Assembly: GCF_000372725.1 (NCBI RefSeq)
Contig: NW_005201165.1
Span: 126,853-190,852 of the forward strand
Origin: Emiliania huxleyi CCMP1516
Lineage: Eukaryota
Direction: 5' to 3'
DNA length: 64,000 nt
Shown: positions 9,961 through 21,245 of the stretch, piece by piece
Numbering within the stretch: position 1 is the stretch's first letter
Layout of the letters: each line of letters opens with the position of its first letter
The notes under the pieces: generated by a model
Database searches by the model: none
Seen by the model: only the letters and a program-made list of their open reading frames with translations
What the model was told of the DNA's origin: nothing
Made by a program: the position numbers and the translations under genes

Positions 9961-12425
9961 TCATCTGACCGTGTACGCGCGCGAGAAAGGCGCCGCCTCG
10001 TCGCCCGTCGTGCGGCGCGCCTGCAGACGGGCGACAGACCAGCACCTCTCGGCCCAGCGCCTCTCGGCCGCATCTCTTGCGCCTCTCGGCTCGATCTCAG
10101 CTGCATCTCGGCCGCATCTCGGCCGCATCCCGGCCGCCTGCGGGAAGACATTCCAGAAGCGAAGCGTCTCGTCGCCGGCGCCTGTTCACGCGCTCGCGCC
10201 GTGAAGAGGGGACGCCTTCACACGCAGCAGCGCGCGTGTCGCCGCCGGCGCCAGAGACGACTGTCTGCCCGTCGGGAGAGAGAGCGAGGTAGAGCACACG
10301 CCTGCTCGCAGCCCACGCGCGTCAAGGGCCGGGCCTCGTTGAGCTGTGTGCCGAGCGGGCGCCGAGAGAGGCGCGCGCATGGTGTGGCCGCTCAGCGTAG
10401 CGACCTTGGCCATGCTCGAGTAGCGCCAGACGACGATCTGGTTCTGCGAGTAGCCGTGCGACGAGACGAGCTCGTTGACAGTGCACGACCAGCAGAGGTT
10501 GCACACCTGAGAGAGGCGCAGGGCCGAGAGGTGCAGCCGCCGAGGTGCAGCCGCCGAGGTGCAGCCGCCGAGGTGCGGCCGAGAGGTGCAGCCGCCGAGG
10601 CGCGCGGGCTGCGTGTGCGCCTGCGAGCCCGTGTCGAGCGCCGAGAGGGCGGTGGCGGTCTGGGTGTTCCAGAAGCGGATGCAGCGGTCGGCGGTGCCCC
10701 CGCCCGAGGCGAGGAGCCCGTTCTGGTGCGGCGACCACGCAAGCGCCTTGACTGCGGCGGTGTGGTCGGAGAAGCGGAGCAGCGGGGAGGTGCCGTGCGG
10801 CGACCTGCGCGTGGGGCGTGAAGAGGCGAGGGGTGGAGAGGGCGGCCTCGGCGGGAGGGGCCGAGAGGTGCGTGGCGTGCACCAGATGAAGAGCTTGTTG
10901 TCGTTCCCCCCCGACGCGAGCTGCGACCCGTCGTGTGCCCACCGCAGCCCGCAGACCTCCTGCTTGTGGCCGACCTGCACAAGGCGGTGGGCGGGCAGGG
11001 CGGCTCAAGGTCTCAGGCCGGGGGGGAGGGGGACCGCCGCCTGCCCGCGCGCACCAGCTGCGAGGTGAAGGGCGGCGCGCTGCGCACGTCGCGCATGCAG
11101 ATGGTCCGGTCTCGCGAGCCCGAGGACAGGGAGGGACCGCTCCACGACAGAGTGCCGACACGGCCGAGGTGCCCACCCATCGTCCGGAGCAGCGAAGCCT
11201 TGGCCGCGTCCCAGACCTGCACCTCGCCCACGCTCGTGCCCACGGCGAGGTGCGTGCCTGCCCGCGCGGCCGAGCCGTGTCAGCGCGGCGCCTCCCCACG
11301 CCTCCCGCCCCTGGCCTCCCGCCCGTGGCCGCGGCGAGGCGCGCCTCTCTGCGCCCAGCAGACCGACGTGACTGTCTCTTGCCCGAGGTCGCACAGCTTG
11401 GTCACCTGGGGGGAGGGGAGGGAGGGCGGTCGAGACGGCCCGCCCTAAAGCTGGCCGAGCTCTCGCCTCGCCTTGCTCGTGCACGCGCTCCACAGGTAGA
11501 CGCACGCGCCGAGCCCGACGGCGAGCACGTTGGTCGACGACCAGTCGACCAGGTGGAGGTAAAAGTCGTCCTGGAGGGCGGGGGCGTCGAGGACCTTGTA
11601 CGGCACCTGAGAGCGGGCAGGGGTGTGGACTGGCGCGGCCTCGCTGCGTGGCGCGTCCGCAGCCCTCTCCCCGCACCGACGGGATCTTTCGCTGCGTGCG
11701 CCGCGCCGCGGGCAGCATCGGGTCCGCCTACGGGGAGAGAGAGAGGGGGGTGGCTGGGGCAGAGAGGAGAGGGGAGAGGAGGAGGGNNNNNNNNNNNNNN
11801 NNNNNNNNNNNNNNNNNNNNNNNNNNNNNNNNNNNNNNNNNNNNNNNNNNNNNNNNNNNNNNNNNNNNNNNNNNNNNNNNNNNNNNCGGAGACGAGGAGG
11901 ATGGGGGGAGGGGAGGGGAGGATTAGAGGGGTAGGAGGGAGGGAGGGGGAGAGGCAGGGAGGCAGCGGCCACCTCCACGGGTGAGAGGGAGAAGGGAGAG
12001 GCGGGCGCGTCTCGAGCGGGAGAGACGCGGTACTGGAAGAGGCTGCCGCCCGACCCTCCCCCCGCGCTGCCGCCCCTCGCGCCGTGCCGTCCCGAGCCGC
12101 GCCGCGAAGTGACTGCCACATTGTCGCCGAGCAACTCGTTCCGCAGCAGCATGTTGTACGGGTCGTCATCGCGCGGCGTGGTGGCGGCGCCGCCGTCGCC
12201 ACTGCGCTCGGCTCCGCTCCCGCCGCTCCCCCCTCCGCCTCCGCTGCCGCCCTCTGGCAGGAGCGCAAACTGCTCGGCCAGGTTTACTCCGCGCCGCGTC
12301 GGGATGAACCGGTCGCCAGTGTAGTCCGCCTTGGAGCTCGATCCACCGGAGGAGCGGCTCGGCGGTGTCGAAAAGCCGCCCCAACCGCTCGAGCGCGCCG
12401 AGGGAGGGGTGTAGGGCGGTTCCAT
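9961..12425 (-). CDS. FZR1: APC/C co-activator CDH1/Fizzy-related (WD40), multi-exon, spans an N gap
   Basis: C-box DRFIPTR; '[23 protein letters not shown]'; '[11 protein letters not shown]'; '[18 protein letters not shown]'; '[17 protein letters not shown]'-'[10 protein letters not shown]'. Terminal ...AYTVR* (IR-tail equivalent) ends at 9961. Confidence 0.92.
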
Positions 12426-12766
12426 CGATGGAAGTGGCCCGGCGAGCGTTCTGCAAAAACCGGACTGACGACTGTCGGACTAGGGAAGCTTGAGATAAAG
12501 AAAGGAGCGGATGCGACCCAAAAGACCTCGCGGGGCGAGAGTACATCTTGGCATGTCGAGGGTCGCGCCGCCGATGCCTGCCTCGTACCGCGACGGTCCG
12601 CGTATGTGTGCATGCCTCCTGACCGCCACGGTCACGGCCGCTGCGCTCCGGACAGGTTCGTTCGACGCGCTCGACCGTGATCTGGCTCGGCGGCCGCCGC
12701 TTTCTTTGGCGTCGAGCGCCCGGTGGTGAGCGCCTCTCACGGCCTTTCCAGCAGGCCGTTCGCTGC

Positions 12767-14140
12767 CCCGGCGCAGCCGCACCGACCCCCACGGCCCGCC
12801 GCACGCGCGCAGGCGCGGCTCGCGCACCTTTCTCGAGGCTGGCACCGCCGTCGAGCACCGCGCTGCCACCGACAGCGCACCCGCGCGGCCGAGGCGCCCC
12901 TCGCCGGCGCGTGCGGCGAGACGGCGAGCGTGTCGGCGCGCCTTCCGGCCGCCGCACGGCGGACGGGCCGCCCGTCGAGCCGCGCGGCGCCGAGCGAGCC
13001 CAGCGGACGCCCTCACCGCTCCGTCGGCGGGTCGTCAGTCACGACGGCCGGCCTCTCCTCCCATCCGCACGCCGCGCCTGGCCGCGCGGCGAGGCGGCGC
13101 CGTGCGCCACGCGCTGTCGCTTTGCGCGGCGACAGTGCAGCGGCACATCAAGAGCCAGCATGACTCTCCATTGAACTTCTATGTGTCCCTGTCTCCGTCT
13201 GGTAGCCTCGTGACACAGCCTCAGCTGCTCTGCAGCGCACACACGTGCTGGAGGGTGAACAGCAGGCACAATTAGGCACGAGGAGACCAGAGATAGCGCG
13301 ATAGGGAGAGGGAGAGTAGGCATAGATGCCGCGAGCGGCCTGGGCTTTGGCGCCCGCCGCTGCGGACGATCACAGGGAGTGCATTCCCGTCGGAGCCTTT
13401 GATGTGCGCCGATGGGGCTGGACACCGCGATGCAGTGTTATGCGAGCGGAACTCGGTGAGAGGCAGCGATCGGTTACTCTCGCGCTTTTCTGTGTGAGAT
13501 ATGTGTGTGTGTACCGCGCACGTGGCCGTCAGCGTGTGTCACAAGTTTGTCTCTCGTGTCTGCGGTGACTCGGGGTGTCTGGGTCGTCTCACAAGCGCGA
13601 CGCGAGAAGGACGGGAAAAGCGTGAAAGACGATCCACGCCGCTCTCGCGCCACGCCACCCGACGTGTTCAGCGACACTGGCGAAGGTCTGTAGACCCAGC
13701 TCGTGAGACGCGTGCTGGGCAACACCAATGTACGCTCGAGACAATACGACGCACAAAGACGGATCCGAAGAGAGCGCACGCTCGGAGCACCATCCGCGCG
13801 TGGCGCACGGCGCCGCCTCGCCGCGCGCGGCCGGCCGGGCGGCGGCGTGCGGAGGAGAGGAGAGAGACTGACGACCCGCCGACGGAGCGGTGAGGGCGTC
13901 CGCTGGGCTCGCTCGGCGCCGCGCGGCTCGACGGGCGGCCCGTCCGCCGTGCGGCGGCCGGAAGGCGCGCCGACACGCTCGCCGTCTCGCCGCACGCGCC
14001 GGCGAGGGGCGCCTCGGCCGCGCGGGTGCGCTGTCGGTGGCAGCGCGGTGCTCGGCGGCGGTGCCAGCCTCGAGAAAGGAGCGGCGAGCCGCGCCTGCGC
14101 GCGTGCGGCGGGCCGTGGGGGTCGGTGCGGCTGCGCCGGG
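12767..14140. repeat. Long inverted repeat (arms ~12767-13114 and ~13796-14140, ~345 bp) around a ~680-bp spacer; foldback/MITE-like
   Basis: The arms are near-perfect reverse complements (the same peptide appears in ORFs 12677-13174 + and 13589-14452 -). A short outer match also exists: 12514-12539 vs ~14387-14412. Confidence 0.9.
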
Positions 14141-14780
14141 CTCTCGTGGGTGGCTGGGAAGCGCAGCAGGCGTGTGTATTTGGTCCCGCTCTCGGGGCGG
14201 CTGGCGGGCGACTTTGAGCGAGCCGATGCTCCGCGACGCGGTTTCGCGACGCGATGCGCTCAGAGCATATGCTGCGGGACCTCTGTGGCTGGACGCGTAC
14301 CGGAGGGGCGAAGGCCAGCGACGCGGGGCGGCGAAATGGGGGCGTACCCCCCATCTGCCACGGCGGGCCGGGGGTATGCAGTTTCGCTCGCCCCCCGAGG
14401 TCTCTTGGGTCGACGACGCCGTTTCTAAGCCTTTCCAACAGCCCTCATCCACCCCACGCCGTGGTTTCTAGCTCCAGCCGGCACTCAAGCCAGAGCCGGC
14501 CCCAAGGATTTTTAGGTAAGTGGCGGCGTCACAAATCCGACCACAGAGCACCGGGAGGTGAGGGCGGTGGCGGCGATCTGAGGCCCAACTAGGCGTATGG
14601 ATTGCCCACCCAGGGCTGTCACCTGGAACAGGCGCCTGCGGCGCCGTGGTCACTAGCTGTTGTTCACACCCGCCCAACCATTCGTGCAGCACAATAGTAG
14701 CGCGAAAGGCTGAACGGTAGTAGGGGCCGCAGCCACGCTCTCAAATCCTCCGCCTCCGCCCGGCGGCAGCCCTTTGTCGC

Positions 14781-17700
14781 ATGAGCGCCATCACCACACT
14801 CGGCACGCGCGCCCTCGAAATTCTCGGCGTCGAGCAGGACGCGGCCGATCGCCTGCTCGCCCTCCTGCGCGAGCACCCCGCCGAGCCGCTCTCCACCCAC
14901 GGCGCGGCGGTGGCGTACCGCCGCTGCACCGAGCGTGCGGTGGGCAATCGGAGCGCCGACGCGGCCCAGTTCGCTACCGCGCACGCCTCGCTGCGCGCGC
15001 GCGGCGTCGGCGAGCTCGACCGCTTCACCGCCCTCCTTCAGCGGGTCGGTGAGGAGCGCGCCGTCGCGGAGCTGCTCCGCTCCACCTCCGACGGCTCGGG
15101 CAGCGCGGCGCCGCCGCACCCGCGTCCTCCGCCACAGCAGCCGCCGTCGGGGAGCTGCGGAGGCGGCCGGTCGGCGCCGGCCGCCTCGTCCACCCTCCCT
15201 CCCGCCGCCACCCGGATTGCAGCAGCCTCGCCCTCACCCTCCGGCGGCACAAGGGCGGGCGCGGCTGGCCGCGCCGACTCCTTCGCGCCACCTCTGCCGC
15301 ACGGGGGCCGCGAGCTGCCGGCGAGCCGCCCGCTGCCGCCCGCAGAGTCGGCCTGGTTCTTTGGCCGCCCGGCTCTGTGCTGGCGACACCTCGGCGAGGG
15401 CGGCGGCGAGGGCGGTGGCGGCGAGGGCTGGGGCGAGTGTGTGAGGGAGGGCGTGTCTGGCGTGTCTGGCGCGCCCCCGCCCCTCTCCGCGCTTGGCGCA
15501 CTGCCGCTCGAGGCGCAGGGGCGCTGCCTCGTCTCCGGCCCGGAGCCTCTTCCGAGGCTTCTCGGCATCCTGCCTGTAGGCGCAGGAGCGCTGCCTCGTC
15601 TCCGACCTCCTCCTCGTGCTGTCGGGGTACGACGGGGTGCACATCCGCGCCACGCCGCTCCCGGCCAGCAGCGCGTGCAGCGTCCCTTCCGCGCGCTTCG
15701 CCATCGGCGGAGGCGGCAGCGGAGCCGGAGCCGGTGGCGGCGGTGGCGGTGGCGGAGGCGGTGGCGGAGGCGGAGGTGGAGGCGCGGACCTGTCCCTACT
15801 GACGCTCGCGCGGCGGCTGCTTCCTTCGGCGGACCAGCTGGTCGAGTTGCGGGGCTGGGTGGGTTGCGTCGGGCGGCTGCCGAACTGCGGTCTGGCGGTG
15901 CACGCGCTGGCGGCGGCGGTGCGGGACTGCCTCTCGGAGCACTGCCTCTCGCTCGCCGTCCTGCAGAGCGAGCACCGCGAGGCGGCCCTGCCTCTGCAGC
16001 AGCTGGCGTGGCGAGCTGCCGCCCGCGAGGCGCCCAGGAGGCGCTCTCTTCACAGCCACCGGCCCCGTGAGCAGGTCCACGAGCTGCAGCCCGCTTGCCG
16101 AGCGCTCGCCCTGCTCCACTCCCTCGTTTGCGAGCTTCTCGCGCCGCCAGACAGAGGCGGAGCGGGGGGAGGCCACGGGGCGGCCGGCTTTGCCGAGCCG
16201 GTGCCTCCCCCGCCCCACCGAGGCGGGGGGCTGCTGCGGCTGCTCGCGGAGCGGCGGGCGGGGCTCGGGGGCGACGAGGACGGGCGCGCGCTGTGCGGCT
16301 TTCTCTTCCGGAGGGCGGCGGCGCCCTTCCTGCGCTCGCTGCGGCAGTGGGTGTACTGCGGCGTGTGCGACGACCCGCACGGCGAGAGACGTCTCTGCCG
16401 CGACGCGAGCGGCGTGCGAGGCGTGCGGACAGCAGCCTCCCTCCGCGCCTCGTAGGCGAGTTCTTCGTCGTCAGCGACCCGCGCATCGCCAAGGAGAGCC
16501 TCACCTCCGACTTCAGCTGCGCGTACTGGGAGCGGCGCTTCTCCTCGCGGCCGGAGCTGACGCCGCCCGCTCTCGCGCCGCACGCGCGCACGGCGCTCGA
16601 CGCGGGCAAGCTGCTGCACCTGGCGAGGGAGAGCGGCCTCGAGCCGTCCAACCCGCGGCTCGAGCAGGAGGGCGGCCCGCTCTCGTCGCCGGACTGCCTC
16701 CTCGACGCCACGGCGCTGGGAGGCGCTCTCGTGGAGGCTCGGGCGTGGGCAAACGCGCGCGCGCTGCAGCTGCTGCTCGGGGGCGGCAAGGGCGAGGGCG
16801 AGCTCTTCGGCCGGCTCGCGTCGCTCAAGCACTACTTTCTGCTCGACCAGGGCGACTTCTTCGTCCACTTCCTGGACTCGGCCGAGCCGACTCGCCCGCG
16901 CACAGCCCCCCCGCAGGAGGAGCCCTGCTCGCAGCCTGTCTCCGACCCCCCTGCAGGCGGAGGAAGAGCTCGTCAAGCCCGTCGCGCGCATCTCTGTCGG
17001 GAGGCGCGCGCTCTAGCTGTCTCGGCCACGCCTCGGCCACACCCACACCCCCCCCCACACCTCAACGCCACCCCGCCCAAGCATCGGTTGGGTGTCTGCA
17101 GGCTCGCGTCCAAGCTGGAGCTGTCGCTGCGCCAGGCGGCGCTCGTCGACCCGTACCGCTCCTCCCTCTCCTGCGAGCTGCTGCCCTGCAACCTCACCTC
17201 GCAGCTCCTCCGCATCATCAACTCGGCGCGCGCCGTGCCGCCGCCGCCCGCCGCCGCCGACAAGACGCCCGGCCTCGACGCCTTCACCTTCGAGTACCGC
17301 GTTGGCTGGCCCGCCTCGCTGGTGCTCTCGCGCCACGCCCTCATCAAGTACCAGCTCCTCTTCCGCCACCTCTTCCACTGCAAGCACGTCGAGCGGCAGC
17401 TCTCCGCCTGCTGGCTCTCGCTGCAGGCGGAGCCGCGGCCTCGGCTCACCCTCGGCACCATCTCGGCTCAACCTCGATCTCGCCGCAACCTCGCCTCAAC
17501 CTCGCCACGATCTCGGCTGCAGGACGCCAAGCGGCTCGGCTCTCTCGGCGGCGCGCTCGCGGCGTCGCACACGCTGCGGCAGCGCATGCTCCACTTCCTT
17601 CACAACATGGAGCACTACATGATGCTCGAGGTGCTCGAGCCGAACTGGCACGTGCTCATGCTGCGGCTGCGAGGCGGCCGAGATGCGGCCGAGATGCGGC

Positions 17701-18380
17701 CGAGATGCGGCCGAGATCATGCATGCGGACGAGCCCATCTCAGCGGACCCCTCGGCCCCAGGCGCCCAGTCGGTGGACGAGCTCATCTCGCTGCACGCCT
17801 CCTTTCTCGACCGGTCGCTCAAGGAGCGAGACGCAGCCCAGAGCTGGCCGAGACCCGGCAGAGCTCGCCCACAGCCCCCCCCCCCCCCCCTTCCGTGGGC
17901 AGGAGTGCATGCTGCGCGACGCGCCGCTGCTCAAGCTCCTCGCGAAGCTCCTCACCATCTGCGTCATCTACGCCGACCAGACGCGCTCTCTCTCCGCCGC
18001 CATCACCGCAGCGGTGGGCGAGGCGCCGCCGCTGCGCGCGGGCGCGCCGGCACGGGGAGCGCACGGCCACACCCGCGCACGGCGTCTCGTCACGACTCGC
18101 GCTGAGAATAGGTGCGCCGCACGAGGAGCGCGCCGCCGTGCGGCGCGAGACGTGTCGCCGCGTGGAGCAGCTCATCTCGGACCGGAGGTACGCGCGCAAC
18201 GTGGAGACTTTCGGCCAGAAGTTCGACGACGAGCTGCTCGCGCTGCTGGCCGAGCTGCGCAAGCAGGCGCACCGCGAGTGGAACCTCGCCCACCTCCTCG
18301 CGCGCCTCGATTTCAACCACTTTTGGAGGCAAAAGCAGGCAACAGCCCCCGCCGCAGCGCCCTCGGCGGTGGGCGAGTGA
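14781..18380 (+). CDS. TUBGCP2: Gamma-tubulin complex component 2 (GCP2/Spc97), multi-exon
   Basis: 'DLLLVLSGYDGVHI', 'LKHYFLLDQGDFFVHFLD', 'GLDAFTFEYRVGWPASLVLSRHALIKYQLLFRHLFHCKHVERQL', 'RQRMLHFLHNMEHYMMLEVLEPNWH', 'LARLDFNHFW'. Confidence 0.92.
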
Positions 18381-18896
18381 GGGTGCGGCTTGGGGGAAGT
18401 ATAGCCGTGCGTGGTCCATGTCCATGTGGTCGTGTATACCAGCAGCCAGGTGCGGACCTGGTATATAGTTCGCACCTGGTATACAGTGCGGAACATCTGC
18501 CGAACGATAAAATTACCATCACAGATGTAACCACTCTGACTCTCAGTCTCACTACCGGGTCCGGGACAGTCGTAACCAAAAGGGCGTAGACTTGCACTTG
18601 GAGCACTTGGAGTGCAGTCATCAACCGCACATCCAGGGCCGGGAAGCTAAGAAGCACACCCAGCGGGCCGGATGATTGGCATCGGGTTGCGGCTTGCGGG
18701 CAAGAGAGCCTAGACCTACTCTCATAAAGAATTCGCGCGCCGCACAACAAGGTCGACCATTAGGTCCTGTCTGTTCCGGCTCGCCGCGACCGTTCACCAC
18801 CGCCGGACAGCTGGCCGCCCAAAGGACATGCCCGCCCGCACACCAATCGGGCAGCTCGCGGCGCAGCGGCGGCTTGAGACTCAGCTAAGAACACAG

Positions 18897-19575
18897 ATGG
18901 CTGGGAGGCGGCTTGTCGCTGTCTCTGCCCAACCGACTCGTGACCAGCTTGGGCTGCACGTTCGGCTGGAGTTCTCAGACTCTAGTCACTCCGTGTGGCT
19001 CCACTTTACAAACACGAGCGCCAGCTGCCTCCGCGAGGCGATCTCTACCGTCGGTCGCAGTCAGCGGTCGGGCGCCATCAGACTCCACCTTCACCGCCCA
19101 GAGAGCGAGAAGAAGAAGAGGACGGCACGCGAATGCTCGCGAATGCTGCCGACCCACGTGCTGACCCCAGCCGAGGTCGACCTCCTCGGCCCCGCCGCCG
19201 CCTGCTGCATATGCCTGGAGGACTTTGCCGCGGGCAACCGCGTGATGGTCGTGCCGTGCGCCGGCCTGCACAAGGTGGGGCGGATGGAGCTGAGAAGCAG
19301 CTGAGACTCACATCCACCGCTCCTCACGCCACAGCTCCTTGCACGCACAGGTCCATGCTGCTTGCGGCCGACGCTGGCTGGAGAAGGAGGCGAACACGTG
19401 CCCCGCCTGCCGGCACGAGCTGCCCTCGGACGGCGCGGACGCCGAGCAGCTCAAGGCCCTGCGCGGTCTCGCGGTGCGAGACACAGTTCCGAGCCACCTC
19501 CAAGATTCACGCGCCGCAACACGTGACGCACCCATGACACGTAGGCGCGTGAGATCTGGCGCGTGCAGCAACTAG
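18897..19575 (+). CDS. RING-H2 finger protein (putative E3 ligase), 2 exons
   Basis: CCICLEDF...VPCAGLHK | VHAACGRRWL...TCPACR, joined by a GT-AG intron at ~19274-19350. Confidence 0.8.
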
Positions 19576-20067
19576 GGCTGCAGCAGCAGAGTCCGGAAAG
19601 TAGCGAGGGGGAGAATAGTCAGCGGAGGCAGCAGCGCCCTTCGCCCCGCCGAACAGCGCCAAAGGCGGCGCCGCCGGCGGCGGTGGAGAGGCGCGCACCC
19701 GAGAAGGGGAAGCGCGCTGGCCTTGGCGGCTGGCTCACTGCAGGCAGCCGTTGGCTCGACCGCCTGCAGCCGGGCGGCGGGCGGGAGTCGAGTGCGGCGA
19801 CGCCTGTGCCCTCGCGCGGGCAGCGGCTGTCGGTTGGGCAGCGACTGTCGGCCGGGAGGCGGCGGCGCGGCCGCGATTGCGAGGGCGAGCAGGGCTGCCA
19901 GGCGGGAGGGCCGAGGAGGGCCGATGTGTGAAGTCTCTCGGTGAGGGAGTCGGTGATTGGAGCGTACGCAGCGCTGCCGCGCACCGGACACAAACACTTA
20001 GTCATGTCGCATGATATCTCGCATGCATGTTGTCCACTGTCTAATGCTGTAATCTCCCACCCATGCT

Positions 20068-20071
<4 letters not shown>

Positions 20072-20114
<43 letters not shown>
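20072..20114. repeat. (CT)n microsatellite
   Basis: About 21 CT units read directly. Confidence 0.95.
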
Positions 20115-20117
<3 letters not shown>

Positions 20118-21245
20118 ACGAGCGAGAGCAAGGTGCGTACTCTCTCTCTCAATTCTTTGAGGTTCACCTCTAAAGCCCTGATACAAGATTTTTGCCGTGC
20201 TGCGCCGCGCCCCCACTTTTCCTCTCCTCCATCTCGAGGGGCCGTGACGCTCCTCTTCACCATGATGCTCCTCGCCATCATCGTCACCACGACGTGTCAG
20301 CTGCGGACGGGCGTCGCCCTCCCCACGACATCGTGCGCCCGCTCTCCAACGTCGCCGAGATCCCTGCCTCGCCTGCCAGGAGCGGCGTCGAGCTCCTCGC
20401 TGGGCAGGTGCGCGGGTAGGGCTCTCCACCATACTCTGCCGCGATCCCGGCTGCTGCGAGCACGGCGCCGCCCGGTGCGCGCGACATGACCCCTGCCGTT
20501 CCCGCGCACGCAGGTCGCCGAGGAGGATGTGGAGTGCCAATGCGAAAACACGACATATGAGCGCGCGCCCGCCGCCGCCATGCAGTCCCGCCCCTTCCCG
20601 CCGTCGATTTCGTCGCCGTCCGTGCGCGCGCCGCCGTTCACTCCGCCGCCGCCGTCGTCCCCACTTCCGCCGCCCCCGTTTTGCGCCTCGCCGCCGCCGC
20701 CGTTCTCCTTCTTCCCAGGCCTTGCCGCCATCGCGTTGCCGCGAAGGAAAAAGAATTGGTCAGGTCGAGCACGCTTCTATACGCTCGCCCAGCCTTCCTT
20801 TCCATCCCATTAGGCAGCCTGGGAACGGTGGCGGTCAGAGGCAAAGCCTGCGAGGGGTGGTGGAACCACATGTCACGGGGCTACCGCCGGCTCGACCCCA
20901 CGATAGCCTCCGGAGGCTGACTTTGAGGCACAACCATCGGACGACGTCGGCGAGTTGAGTCGCGCTCGCGGTAGCCAGATGACCTCTCATACTAGTATCA
21001 TCGGCCATGGCCGCAGGAAGCGCGGGGGAGGGCGCTGGGAGCAACACGGAGCTCCGTTGGACGCGTTTTCAAGATGAGCGTGTCAGAGTGAATTGGAACT
21101 AGCCAGAATGGCACGGCAGCTAACACGTAACAGTAGACTCGGGGCTACGGCTCTACACGCGTACGGAGGATTATAGAGTAGCAGTAGGGCTCCGCTCTGA
21201 GCCTCTCTGACTCGTGACACGAATCTCTCTGTGCCCGGGCACACA

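Noticed and set aside
15038..18589. Long alternative-frame and antisense ORFs over GCP2 (likewise over GBF1 and FZR1)
   Set aside because: Arg/Ala/Pro-rich shadow ORFs are expected in very GC-rich coding DNA and show no domain motifs.
19563..21050. Short ORFs between the RING gene and the PDZ-like gene
   Set aside because: Possibly a small spliced gene, but there is no recognisable motif or reliable exon structure.
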